Positions 32,557-43,439 of a stretch of DNA of 64,000 nt are shown one piece after another. Each line of letters starts with the position of its first letter. The first letter of the stretch is position 1. Origin of the DNA: an uncultured Granulicella sp. (lineage in GTDB: Bacteria; Acidobacteriota; Terriglobia; Terriglobales; Acidobacteriaceae); assembly GCA_965213805.1 (NCBI GenBank), contig CBDCAG010000001.1, positions 2,338,726 to 2,402,725 of the forward strand, written 5' to 3'. The notes under the pieces are model-generated. The model had not been told where the DNA came from, searched no databases, and was given only the letters and a program-made list of their open reading frames with translations. A program made the translations under genes and the position numbers.

Positions 32557-33792
32557 ATGACCCGCCGAGAGTTCCTCGAAGGCAGCACCGCCGCCGCAGC
32601 CTCAACCGGACTGCTCACCGGCTGCAGCAAACGTCCGGTTCAGGCCTCCACCAGCACCTCGAAGCCCGCGTCCGCCCCTATGCTGCCCATCGACAATCCC
32701 GTTCCCACCCTCGCCCCCATCCGCGCCGACCTCGAGCGGATGTTCCGCATCACCGTCTGCACCCGCCCCTTCCGCGCCGTCGGCCCGCGCATCGAAGCCG
32801 AAAAACTCGGCGAAAAGCTGATCGTTCACAACTACGGCCACGGCGGCTCCGGCTGGTCGCTCTCTTGGGGTTCGGGCGCTGCCGCACTCGATCTCGCCTT
32901 CGCCGGCCGCGAGCCCTCGCAGACCGACCTCGCCGTCATCGGCTGCGGCGCGCTAGGGTTGACCTCAGCCGTCCTCGCCCAGCGCGCCGGCGCCCGCTCC
33001 GTCACCATCTACGCCCGCGACCGCCCATCCGAAAGCCGCTCCTTCCGCGCCACCGGCTCCTGGACCCCCGACTCCCGCATCGCCCTCACCAAGGACGCAC
33101 CCGCGGCCTTTGGCGATCAGTGGGAGATGATGGCCCGCACCTCCTGGCACTACTACCAAAGCTTCCTTGGTCTGCCCGGCGATCCCGTCGAGTTCACCGA
33201 CCGCTATCTCCTCTCGGACCTTCACCCCGAGGCCGCCGAGCAGCAGAAGCGCGACGAAGATCCGCTGCAGTTTATCTACCTCAACCACCGCATCCGCGAC
33301 ATCGGCCGGCACTTCGAAGACCTGCCCCAGGGTTCGCACCCCTTCCCCACCAAGTGGGCACGCCGCAAGTCCGACCTCATGTTCAACATCACCGCTTACT
33401 CCCACCAGCTCACCGAGGACTTCCTGCTGAACGGCGGCAGGATCGTCACCCGTGAATTTCACACCCCCGCCGAACTGCTGCAGTTGCCCCAGCCCGTGCT
33501 CCTGCACTCCACCGGCTACGGCGCACGCAGCCTCTTCGCCGACCACTCCATCACCCCGGTCCGCGGCCAGATCGCCTGGCTCATCCCCCAGCCTGAGGCA
33601 AACTACGGCCTCTACCTCGGCGACCTCGGCGTCCTCTCCCGGCGCGACGGCATCGTCGTCCAACTCAACGCACAGGGCGAAGCCTCCGGCTGGAACGACC
33701 CCAGCGAGCAGCCCGACCACGCCGAGGCCGAGGCCGGCATCCGCATGCTGCAGGACCTCAACGCCACCATGAAGCAGCCCACACGGGCCTGA
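32557..33792 (+). CDS. Tat-exported FAD-dependent D-amino-acid oxidase-like protein
   Basis: TRREFL twin-arginine motif, LLTGC lipobox, HNYGHGGSGWSLSWG, VIGCGALG, PVRGQ. Confidence 0.8.
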   Translation: MTRREFLEGSTAAAASTGLLTGCSKRPVQASTSTSKPASAPMLPIDNPVPTLAPIRADLERMFRITVCTRPFRAVGPRIEAEKLGEKLIVHNYGHGGSGWSLSWGSGAAALDLAFAGREPSQTDLAVIGCGALGLTSAVLAQRAGARSVTIYARDRPSESRSFRATGSWTPDSRIALTKDAPAAFGDQWEMMARTSWHYYQSFLGLPGDPVEFTDRYLLSDLHPEAAEQQKRDEDPLQFIYLNHRIRDIGRHFEDLPQGSHPFPTKWARRKSDLMFNITAYSHQLTEDFLLNGGRIVTREFHTPAELLQLPQPVLLHSTGYGARSLFADHSITPVRGQIAWLIPQPEANYGLYLGDLGVLSRRDGIVVQLNAQGEASGWNDPSEQPDHAEAEAGIRMLQDLNATMKQPTRA

Positions 33793-33802
33793 GCCTCCCG
33801 CC

Positions 33803-34669
33803 ATGGCGCAATCCTTCGACGCTGAACTCGCCAACCTCGAAGCCCTCGCTCACGCCGAGCCCTCGAGCACACGGGATGCGTTGTCGAAAGCTTTGCGCCA
33901 CCGGAACAACTTCATCGTCGCCAAAGCGGCAAAACTCGTCGTTGACCACCAGCACCTCGAGCTCGCACCCGAACTCACCCAGGCCTTCGACCGCTTTCTC
34001 AAGGATCCCGTCAAAACCGATCCCCAATGCTGGGCGAAGAACGCGCTGCTCCGCGCCCTCAGCGACATGGCCTATCAGGAGCCGGACCTCTTCCTCACCG
34101 GCATGCGGCACATCCAGATGGAGCCCGTCTGGGGCGGTACCTCGGACACCGCCGGAACCCTCCGCGGGCTCAGCGCCATGGGTCTCGTGCAATGCCGAAG
34201 CCTCAGCAACCTCCAGGTCCTCACCCACCTGACCCAGCTCTTCGCCGACAAGGAACTGCCCGTCCGGGTCAACGCCGCACGCGCCGTCGAACGAATCGGC
34301 ACCGACGCCGCCATCCTGCTGCTGCGGCTGCGCGCCGAACTCGGCAGCGACGCACCCGAACTGCTCGGCGCCTGCTACTCCGCCGTGCTACACCTCGAAG
34401 GCCCGTCCGCCATCCCATGGGCCGCAGCCTTCCTGCATCCACTCGCTCCCGACGATGCCAGCGCCGAAGCCGCCTTTCACATTCTGCAAAACGCCTGGAA
34501 GAAGACACGCGACCAGGACTTCCGCGCCACCCTGCTGAGCGCCATCGCCCAGACCCGGCAGGACGCAGCCTGGGAGTTCCTCCTCGAGCAAGCTGCCGAA
34601 GGCAGTCCCTCCGCCCGCGAAGCCCTCGAACACTCCGCCGCCCCAGCGAACGTTCTCGCGCGCCTGTAA
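33803..34669 (+). CDS. HEAT-repeat-like hypothetical protein
   Basis: Helical Ala/Leu-rich repeats such as VRVNAARAVERIG. Confidence 0.65.
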   Translation: MAQSFDAELANLEALAHAEPSSTRDALSKALRHRNNFIVAKAAKLVVDHQHLELAPELTQAFDRFLKDPVKTDPQCWAKNALLRALSDMAYQEPDLFLTGMRHIQMEPVWGGTSDTAGTLRGLSAMGLVQCRSLSNLQVLTHLTQLFADKELPVRVNAARAVERIGTDAAILLLRLRAELGSDAPELLGACYSAVLHLEGPSAIPWAAAFLHPLAPDDASAEAAFHILQNAWKKTRDQDFRATLLSAIAQTRQDAAWEFLLEQAAEGSPSAREALEHSAAPANVLARL

Positions 34670-34674
34670 GAACA

Positions 34675-34829
34675 GGCAACCGCAAGTGCGCCCTCATCGC
34701 GGGCGGCGACCACTCCGTGGGGTGGAAGCTTCGCGCGGTATCCCGTCGCACTCCGGTTGGAGTTGCGACGCGAAGCCTCCACCCCACGAAGTGGCGCCCG
34801 TCCGGCGTTAGGACGCATTTGCGGTTGCC
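34675..34829. repeat. Dispersed long-hairpin repeat family A
   Basis: Terminal inverted repeat GGCAACCGCAAGTGCG/CGCATTTGCGGTTGCC plus an internal palindrome; near-identical copies at 44138, 47007 and 57100. Confidence 0.92.
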
Positions 34830-34836
34830 GTTGCCC

Positions 34837-35808
34837 TTACAGCGCCCGCGGGTGCGTCTCGTCGTAGACGCGCTGGACCTGCGTGGCGGTCAGCTGCGTG
34901 TAGCGCTGCGTGGTCGACAGCCGCTCGTGCCCCAGCATCTCCTGGATCGCCCGCAGATCCGCCCCTTCTTCGAGCATGTGCGTGCCAAACGCATGCCGCA
35001 GCGTGTGCGGATGCACATCCGCCGGCAGCCCGCGGCTCTGCGCAATCGCCTTCACGATGCGCCCCACACTCCGCGTCGTCAGCCGGCAAGTCCCGCGCAT
35101 GCGCAGGTTCATCATCAACGGCCCTGCCGCTACCAGCCCGCCCTTCCCCGACGCCATCAGCCGCGCCTCGCGTCCCGGCAGATACCCCCGCAACGCCATC
35201 GCCGCCTCGTCTCCCAGGGGCACCAGCCGTTCCTTCTTGCCTTTGCCCCGCACCAGCACGCAGTCGTCCGCCCACCGCACATGCCCCATGTCGAGCCCCA
35301 CCAGCTCCGAGTTCCGAATCCCGCACCCGTAGAGCAGCTCGAAGATCACCCGGTCCCGCTCCGGCCACGCCCCCGACTCCTCGTCGCCCGACGCCTTCTT
35401 CCCATGCGACTCCCCTTCAAGCGAAGTCAACACCCGGTTCACTTCCTCCATCGACGGCACCCGCGGCAGATGCTGCGGACGCTTCGGCGTGCTCACCAGC
35501 AGCGCCGGATTCTGCTGCACCTTCCCCTCCTTCGCCAGCCACTTGAACCAGCTCCGGATCGAGGCCAGCGCACGCGCCGCACTCGCCTTGGTCAACCCAC
35601 GCTCATACAGCAGCCCAAGGTACGCCCGGATGTGCAGATGCTCCACCGCCCCCAGCCCCGCACCCTCCCCCAGCGTCACGCCCAGGTACTCGGCGAAGTT
35701 CCGCACCTCGCGCCCATACGCCCGCACCGTATGCTCGCTCGCCCCGCGCTCCGCATCGAGCACCCGCAAAAACGCCTCCGCCGCCTCGCGAAACGCCGTC
35801 TGCTTCAA
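34837..35808 (-). CDS. xerC: Tyrosine recombinase XerC
   Basis: [53 protein letters not shown]. Confidence 0.88.
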   Translation of the reverse strand: MKQTAFREAAEAFLRVLDAERGASEHTVRAYGREVRNFAEYLGVTLGEGAGLGAVEHLHIRAYLGLLYERGLTKASAARALASIRSWFKWLAKEGKVQQNPALLVSTPKRPQHLPRVPSMEEVNRVLTSLEGESHGKKASGDEESGAWPERDRVIFELLYGCGIRNSELVGLDMGHVRWADDCVLVRGKGKKERLVPLGDEAAMALRGYLPGREARLMASGKGGLVAAGPLMMNLRMRGTCRLTTRSVGRIVKAIAQSRGLPADVHPHTLRHAFGTHMLEEGADLRAIQEMLGHERLSTTQRYTQLTATQVQRVYDETHPRAL

Positions 35809-36749
35809 GCCTCCGCCTCCGCGCGTCCCAGCGCCTTGCCCCGCGGATGATGCTTCCGGTGCACCGCCTTCAAGTGCCCCAGCGCCACATGCGTATACAC
35901 CTGCGTCGTCGCGATATCCGCGTGCCCCAGGAACGTCTGCACCGACCGCAGATCAGCCCCGTGCTCCACCATATGCGTCGCGCAGCTGTGCCTCAGCATA
36001 TGCGGGCTCGCCTGCTTCCCGTCCGAGCAGCTCCGCACCATCTCCCACACCCACTGCCTGGTCAGCGCCTTGCCCCGCACACTCAAAAACATGCTCCGCT
36101 GCATCCCCGCGCCCGCCTTCACCAGACCCGGCCGACCACGCTCCAGATAGATCTGCAGCGCCACGCAGGCCTGCCGCCCCAGCGGCACAATCCGTTCCTT
36201 GTCGCCTTTCCCCCGCACCTGCGCCCGCTGCTGATCCAGCCGCACATCCTCCACCTTCAGCGAGCAGATCTCGCCCACCCGCAGCCCGCCCGCATAGAGC
36301 AGCTCTAGAATCGCATGATCCCGCAGCGCCATCGCATCCGCATCCGCCGCCCGCGCCGCCACGCCCGTCCGTTCGAGCATCGCCGCCACCTCGCTCTCCG
36401 CCAGCGACTTCGGCAGCACCTTCCAGCTCGCCGGCGACTCCACGTTCACCGTCGGGTCATAGTTGATCCGCCTATCCATCAGTAGCCAACGGTAAAACCC
36501 GCGCAGCCCGCTCAGCTTCCGCGCAATCGACCGCGACTCCACCGCATGACCCCGCAGGTCCTCGAGAAACCCGCTCAGGTCCGCTTGGATCGCCCGCAGC
36601 AGCACCCCATTCTGCATCTCCAGATACTCGGCAAACTGCTCCAGGTCGCGCACATACGCCTCCACCGAGGCCGGCCGCAAACCCCTCTCCACCCGCAGAT
36701 ACGCGCCATACTCCCGCGCCAGCCGGACGTTACTTTCCCCTGAGCTCAT
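35805..36749 (-). CDS. xerD: Tyrosine recombinase XerD
   Basis: LRVERGL...[54 protein letters not shown]. Confidence 0.9.
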   Translation of the reverse strand: MSSGESNVRLAREYGAYLRVERGLRPASVEAYVRDLEQFAEYLEMQNGVLLRAIQADLSGFLEDLRGHAVESRSIARKLSGLRGFYRWLLMDRRINYDPTVNVESPASWKVLPKSLAESEVAAMLERTGVAARAADADAMALRDHAILELLYAGGLRVGEICSLKVEDVRLDQQRAQVRGKGDKERIVPLGRQACVALQIYLERGRPGLVKAGAGMQRSMFLSVRGKALTRQWVWEMVRSCSDGKQASPHMLRHSCATHMVEHGADLRSVQTFLGHADIATTQVYTHVALGHLKAVHRKHHPRGKALGRAEAEA

Positions 36750-36838
36750 CCCCCGATTATCCAGCGAACCCACCGCTCACCCCCACCCAACTCCAACCCC
36801 GAACCACCCAAGCCACACCCGGCAACACAACGTCCAGT

Positions 36839-36874
36839 ACCCCACGAAGTGGTCGCCGCCCGCGATCAGCGCGC
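36839..36874 (-). repeat. Half copy of repeat family A
   Basis: Reverse complement contains CTGATCGCGGGCGGCGACCACTTCGTGGGG, the left arm only. Confidence 0.75.
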
Positions 36875-36906
36875 CTTTGCCCTTGCTCTTCTATACTCAA
36901 GAAGCC

Positions 36907-38304
<1,398 letters not shown>

Positions 38305-38418
38305 CGAGCCCCATCGAGAGGGATCGTGTGGACATCCGTAAAGCAGAAAACGAGGTATTCGCGAAATACGCTGAGCACTGTGATAGATGCAAAGCCGTTG
38401 GGGCGCTTCCGGATGGTT

Positions 38419-38641
38419 GCCCTGAACTGGCCCTTCTATGGGCGCCCTGAGCCAGACCTCTATAGGCGCCCTGAGCTGGCCCTTCTATGGCTGCCCTGAG
38501 CCTGACCTTCTATGGGTGCCCTGAGCCAGACCTCTATAGGTGCCCTGAGTTGGCCCTTCTATGGCTGCCCTGAGCCGGCCCTTCTAAGGCTGCCCTGAGC
38601 CGGCCCTCTATGGGTACCCTGAGCCAGACCTCTACGAAGCT
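38419..38641. repeat. Tandem array of nine 24-26 bp units
   Basis: Units start at 38419, 38444, 38468, 38493, 38518, 38542, 38567, 38592 and 38616; approximate consensus GCCCTGAGCNRGNCC(T)TCTATGGNY. Confidence 0.92.
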
Positions 38642-38677
38642 GCCCCTTTCCTCGCGCTTTTTGTCTTGAAGGAAGCG

Positions 38678-38899
38678 GCTTCTAGGTAGGCCAAGCCTTC
38701 AGGCTTGGCATCCCAATCCCGCACGCAGAGGGCTTTAGCCCCTGGGGCAATCCGACCAGGAACAGCAACGGAACCGTCGATCGCCGCCGAGCCACCACCA
38801 TCCGCCAGCCCCCGCATCCCTGCTCGAATCGCCCCAGAGCCTAAAGGCCGAAAACGGAAAGCACAAACCCAAACCTGAAGGCTTGGGCTACCTGGAAGC
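38678..38899. repeat. Inverted GTAG-type REP pair (REPIN-like) upstream of the RAYT
   Basis: GTAG-GCCAAGCC-TTCA-GGCTTGGC at 38686-38709 and inverted CCCAAACC-TGAA-GGCTTGGG-CTAC at 38868-38891; inner AGGGCTTTAGCCCCT palindrome. Confidence 0.85.
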
Positions 38900-38979
38900 G
38901 GAAGGTCATCTTCGCAAAACGACCGAATTTCCCAACTTGGGGCTTTCCATCACCCGAACGCAGCCCTAAACTCCCCTCC

Positions 38980-39477
38980 ATGACCACCCAGCGGCAGAGA
39001 CTCGCCACCTACGCCCTGACCCTCTGCACCTTCCAAAAGCATCGCCACTTCCAGCGCACAGCCAACGCTGAACTCTTCATCGCCACCCTCGCCCGCTACC
39101 GAGCACAAGGCAAATTCCTCCTCCACGCCTTCGCCGTCATGCCCGACCACGTCCACATCCTGCTCACCCCCGCCATCGACCTCAGCACAGCCCGCACCAT
39201 CCAACTGATCAAGGGCGGCTACTCCCACGCCGCCCGCGAGCAGTCCCCCGGCGAGATCTGGCAGCCCGGCTCCTTCGAACACCGCATCCGCGACGCCCCC
39301 GACTTCGCGGTGCAGCAACACTACATCGCCGAAAACCCGACCCGCGCCAACCTGCTCAACCACACCCACGCCCACCCCTTCCACCCCACTCTGATCGACC
39401 GAAGCCCCTACCAAGCGTCACCGCCACCGCCTTGTGCGAAACTCCCGGATGACGCACCCTCCCCCGCACGGCGATGA
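38980..39477 (+). mobile_element. REP-associated tyrosine transposase (RAYT, Y1 HUH family)
   Basis: AFAVMPDHVHILLTP (HUH), IQLIKGGYS, IWQPGSFEHRIRD, catalytic YIAENP; REPs adjacent. Confidence 0.9.
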
Positions 39478-39576
39478 TCAAGCGCTGGCCGCGCCCACCT
39501 CGCGACCCACCCCCACGGGCACACCGCCCGCCCGGAAGCATCGATCCCGCACCATCCGGTAAAAGTGCCGAGAGCA

Positions 39577-39647
39577 TGTTTACTACTTTGTCATCAGAGC
39601 CTAACATCAACAGGATGACGATCTTGCACCCTTAACCGGGGGAGGGG
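39577..39647 (-). repeat. Dispersed repeat family B
   Basis: Reverse complement reads CCCCTCCCCC..TGCAAGATCGTCAT..TTAGGCTCTGATGACAAAGTAGTAAACA. Confidence 0.78.
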
Positions 39648-39676
39648 TGAAGCCACGATTCCCTCGCCACCGCTCT

Positions 39677-40213
39677 CTACCAGTCGTTCTTCTGCACCAC
39701 CTTCGGCGGCTTGCCCTGCCGCCCTCCGAGCGTCCAGTCCAGCCGCGCACGCACATCCTTGTCGCGCGCCTCGCCCTCGATCTTCCCGATCAGCGCCCCG
39801 TCCGCATCAAGGATGAGGGTCGCCGGCACCAGCTCCCCCATCTGCAGTGTGCTGAGCGTCGCCGTGCTCGCCCCCGTCCACACCGGCACATGGAACCCCC
39901 GCTTCTCCGTCACCGCGGCTATCTTCCCGCGCGTCTCCGGCTCATCGAGCGAGATCGCCACAAACCGCACCCCCTGCCCCGCATAGCTCTCCGAAAGCTT
40001 TTGCAGCCGCGGCATCTCCTCCCGGCAAGGACCGCACCACGTCGCCCAGAAGTTGACCACCGCCGGGTGCCCGCGCAGCTCGTCCAGCCGGTGCGGCCCT
40101 CCCTGCAAATCCTGAAACGCAAGGGCAGGCAGTGCCGTCTCAACGCCCGCGCCCGCAGGACCCGCACCCAGCATCAACCCGATAGACCAGCACACCAGAC
40201 CAGAGATCGTCAT
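39677..40213 (-). CDS. TlpA/ResA-family thioredoxin-like disulfide reductase
   Basis: VVNFWATWCGPCREEMP after a signal sequence. Confidence 0.9.
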   Translation of the reverse strand: MTISGLVCWSIGLMLGAGPAGAGVETALPALAFQDLQGGPHRLDELRGHPAVVNFWATWCGPCREEMPRLQKLSESYAGQGVRFVAISLDEPETRGKIAAVTEKRGFHVPVWTGASTATLSTLQMGELVPATLILDADGALIGKIEGEARDKDVRARLDWTLGGRQGKPPKVVQKNDW

Positions 40214-40330
40214 CGTGCGCCCAGTATAGGCAGGCCGAAGCCACGCGCGAGCCCTCCAATGGATGGAGCAAAGAACCCATCGAAGAGGCCATGCGCCCAT
40301 CTTTCGCCGCAGCCTAGGATGGCTCGCGTC

Positions 40331-41419
40331 ATGAACAACTCAACTTTTCCGCGCTCAGTTTTCGCGACAGCGTCTGCGCTGCTGCTCGCCGCCGCCACCT
40401 CCTCCGGACACGCGCAGGGCTGCCTCGCCGCGCACACCGGGAGCTCCATGCAGGGCTGCATCACCAACCAGAGCGGCTTCGAGACCAGCGACAGCACCAG
40501 TCGCTTTCTGCGCAACCACCCCACCACTCTCGAGGTCGACTGGCGCTCCTACAGCTCGTTCCGTCACTTCAGCGGCGAGGTCGAAAACACGCAGCGCGCA
40601 GTGCTCAACACGCAGATCAAGAACCACCAGAATCTCTACAACATAGCGCTCGAAGTCCAGATGACCCCGCGCTGGTCGCTCGAGACCTTCGTGCCCGTGC
40701 TGCAGGGAACGCGCAACCAGAAGTACGCGCCCAACGGCATCTACGACATCGCCGGCGTTGGCGACATGACCGTCGGCGTGCAGGGCTGGGTGCTCCGTCC
40801 GCCGGCCGAGAACGGCGGCAACATCGCCTTCAGCATCGGGCTCAAGCTGCCCACCGGGCTCAGCAACGGCATGGGCACCGGCCGGCTCGCCAACGGGACG
40901 ATCCAGAAGGTGGTCGCCGACCAGTCACTCCAGCCCGGCGACGGCACCTGGGGCTTCACCCTCGGCAGCCAGGCCTACAAGCAGACCCTGTTCCACACCA
41001 CCGGCTACTTTCAGGGTTCCTGGCTCTTCAGTCCGGCCGACACCAACGGCGTACCCACCTTCCGCGCGGCGAAGCTGGAAGCCGTCATGTCGGCGACCGA
41101 TCAGTACCTGTTTCGCGCCGGGCTGTCGCGCCATGTCCCGCACGTGCGCGGGCTGGCCGGCAGCTTCGGCGGACGCATGGAGGGCATCCCGGTGCGCGAC
41201 GCGTTCGGCAAGAGCGATGGTTTTCGCCGCCCCGGCTACATCATCTCGATCGAGCCCGCTCTGCAGTACCAGCACCGGCACGACATGATCGCACTCACCG
41301 CACCCTGGGCCATCGAGCGCAATCGCCGCGCGTCGGTCACCGACCTCGCCACCCACACCCACGGGGACGCGGCCTTTGCCGACTACGCTGTCATCCTCGG
41401 CGTGTCCCATACTTTCTGA
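40331..41419 (+). CDS. Putative outer-membrane beta-barrel protein
   Basis: Signal peptide ..HAQGC, GVGDM, GLKLPTG, QPGDG, C-terminal GVSHTF (terminal Phe). Confidence 0.7.
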   Translation: MNNSTFPRSVFATASALLLAAATSSGHAQGCLAAHTGSSMQGCITNQSGFETSDSTSRFLRNHPTTLEVDWRSYSSFRHFSGEVENTQRAVLNTQIKNHQNLYNIALEVQMTPRWSLETFVPVLQGTRNQKYAPNGIYDIAGVGDMTVGVQGWVLRPPAENGGNIAFSIGLKLPTGLSNGMGTGRLANGTIQKVVADQSLQPGDGTWGFTLGSQAYKQTLFHTTGYFQGSWLFSPADTNGVPTFRAAKLEAVMSATDQYLFRAGLSRHVPHVRGLAGSFGGRMEGIPVRDAFGKSDGFRRPGYIISIEPALQYQHRHDMIALTAPWAIERNRRASVTDLATHTHGDAAFADYAVILGVSHTF

Positions 41420-41439
41420 TCACGCAGTCAGCCCTTCCC

Positions 41440-41477
41440 AAAGAGACTGGCCGCCCTGAAAAGCGGCCGGTCTCTTT
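41440..41477 (+). terminator. Intrinsic terminator
   Basis: AAAGAGACTGGCCGC...GCGGCCGGTCTCTTT hairpin. Confidence 0.75.
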
Positions 41478-41651
41478 GCGCCGGACTCGTTCGGGAAGCG
41501 ATTAACTTGATGGCCCAAAAGCGGCACACCACCCGCCTTTCGAGTCATGGCTTCGCCGTCCGCGCCGATCTATACCTAAGCAAGTTGTTCCGAGAGACCG
41601 TTCCGCTCACCCCGCACGGTCCAATGAAACGGTTCAACGAAAGGTATTGCC

Positions 41652-41753
41652 ATGAACTGCTCCAACTCGCGCGTATCCCACCAGACCCTCAAGGCCAGCA
41701 TCGGCCTCCTTCTCTTTGCCGTGATGGTCTCGATCGCCGCACTTTCCGCCTAA
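41652..41753 (+). CDS. Candidate 33-aa single-TM small protein
   Basis: GAAAGGT SD-like sequence; MNCSNSRVSHQTLKASIGLLLFAVMVSIAALSA. Confidence 0.45.
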   Translation: MNCSNSRVSHQTLKASIGLLLFAVMVSIAALSA

Positions 41754-42171
41754 GGCGGGTTCCCCCCGAAGTCAGGTTCAACGTTAGCCGGTGGTACGCC
41801 GACATGCGACACGCAGTTTTCGGTGTTCACGCGGCCTCGTCGACTCTTGCAGAGCTGTCCCGTCGAGTCGCGACCAGCCGGCTGAGGCAGCCTCCCCATG
41901 GGAGGCTGACCTCGTGGTACCAGGACGCCCCACGGCGTCCGTTTCCGGTTGCTCCCCGTTCCCCCCTCTCACCCCAAAGTCGCACCCCTCCCGACCTGAA
42001 CTGACCACTCCCCCCGCCACTCCGGCCGTGGTCTACTGATGGGGATCCGGACCGCACCTCCCTTTCCCCAGGATCCCCGGAACCCTCCTTCGGAACAGTC
42101 TCCAGAGCCCTTCGACGCCGAGCCACCTCTCACTCGTTTGATCTCCTGGACCGCCGACTTCGAGGGCTTCT

Positions 42172-43407
42172 TTGACCCCCAGCACGCAGAAAGCTCCGCG
42201 CCGCCCCACCCACCTGATTCGCCTCGGCATCGTCACCTACGTCTTCGCGCTCGCGCTCATCGCTGCCTTCACCATCGCCTTCCACTTTCTTACGGACTCC
42301 ATCGTCAAGCAGCAGCAGAACACCGCCGCGGTCGTCAATCTCAGCGGTCGCCAGCGCATGCTCTCGCAGCGCATCGCCAAGCTGTCGCTCGAACGCGCGT
42401 CGCACGCCAACTTCCGGCCCGATGCCGTGGTCAACCGCATCCTCATCGACTCCATTGAGCTGATGGCCAGCAGCCATCACGACCTGCTGCACGGTGCCGC
42501 GTCCGGCCCGGCCGTCGGCCCTGCCACGGGCGAGGTTCTCGACGTCTACCGCAAGGCGCCCTGGCTGCTCGACCAGAAGATGCAGAGCTTCCTCACCCAC
42601 GCGCGCGCCGTTGCCGCAAAACCCTCCGCCGACCTCACCTTTGCCGACCCCGACCTGATCGCCGAGCAGCTGGAGGCGCAGGCGCCGCTGCTCGAAGCCC
42701 TCAACGCCGCGGTCACGGCCAATCAGGACACCAGCGAACGCTCCATCAGGACCCTGCGCAAGGTGCACACCAGCCTCACGTTGCTGATGCTCATCATCCT
42801 GATGCTCGAGGCACTGTTCCTGTACCGTCCGCTGTTCGCGAGACTTGCCCGCGCGCACGAGGCGCTGCTGCTCGCCGGCCGCACGGACCCGCTCACCGGC
42901 TGCCTCAACCGCCGTGCCTTCACCTCGGAATCGGCGCACGCCATCGCGCGCGTCCGCGAGCAGACCGGCGTCCTCGCCGTGCTCATGCTCGATATTGACC
43001 GTTTCAAGAGCATCAACGACCGCTACGGACACCCGGCCGGGGACCGCGTCATCAACGCCGTCGTCAGCATCATCCTCAACTCCATCCGCGACACCGACAT
43101 CCTCTGCCGCATGGGCGGCGAAGAGTTCGCCGTGATGCTGCCCGGCCAGGAACTCGCCCGCGCCATGCAGGCCGCCGAGCGCGTGCGCGTCGCCATCGCA
43201 TCCACGCCCATCCCGCTCAACGAAGCGGCCGATACCTACCTCAGCATCACGCTCAGCATCGGCATCGCCATGCTCGAGCCGTCGGATGCGACCATCTTCG
43301 ATCTGCTCGGCCGGGCCGACCTCGCGCTCTACCGTGCCAAGTCCGCCGGCCGCAACCGCGTCGAGTCCGAAGTCGAGTTGTTCGCCGAGGCAGTCGCCAC
43401 CCCCTGA
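42172..43407 (+). CDS. Membrane diguanylate cyclase with NarX/PilJ-like sensor domain
   Basis: NLSGRQRMLSQRI (P-box-like), DPLTG, DIDRFKSIND.YGH, GGEEF. Confidence 0.92.
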   Translation: MTPSTQKAPRRPTHLIRLGIVTYVFALALIAAFTIAFHFLTDSIVKQQQNTAAVVNLSGRQRMLSQRIAKLSLERASHANFRPDAVVNRILIDSIELMASSHHDLLHGAASGPAVGPATGEVLDVYRKAPWLLDQKMQSFLTHARAVAAKPSADLTFADPDLIAEQLEAQAPLLEALNAAVTANQDTSERSIRTLRKVHTSLTLLMLIILMLEALFLYRPLFARLARAHEALLLAGRTDPLTGCLNRRAFTSESAHAIARVREQTGVLAVLMLDIDRFKSINDRYGHPAGDRVINAVVSIILNSIRDTDILCRMGGEEFAVMLPGQELARAMQAAERVRVAIASTPIPLNEAADTYLSITLSIGIAMLEPSDATIFDLLGRADLALYRAKSAGRNRVESEVELFAEAVATP

Positions 43408-43439
43408 CCCGCCCTCGCGGCGGCTGCGATAATAGCGAC

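Noticed and set aside
34837-36749. Integrative element or prophage based on two tyrosine recombinases
   Set aside because: Sequences match XerC/XerD, and no cargo, att duplication or phage genes were seen.
38419-38641. CRISPR array
   Set aside because: Units are contiguous with no unique spacers, and there are no cas genes in the window.
39647-40330. N-terminal extensions in the ORF track (also 18080-20827, 19839-21653, 12776-14344)
   Set aside because: They overlap divergent genes or repeats; signal peptides and SD/-10 motifs indicate later starts.
41507-42004. 165-aa ORF
   Set aside because: Arg/Pro-rich with no recognisable motif, and it overlaps a better small ORF and the structured region.
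41830-42170. RNase P, tmRNA, SRP RNA or c-di-GMP riboswitch
   Set aside because: The hallmark consensus sequences were not found by eye.
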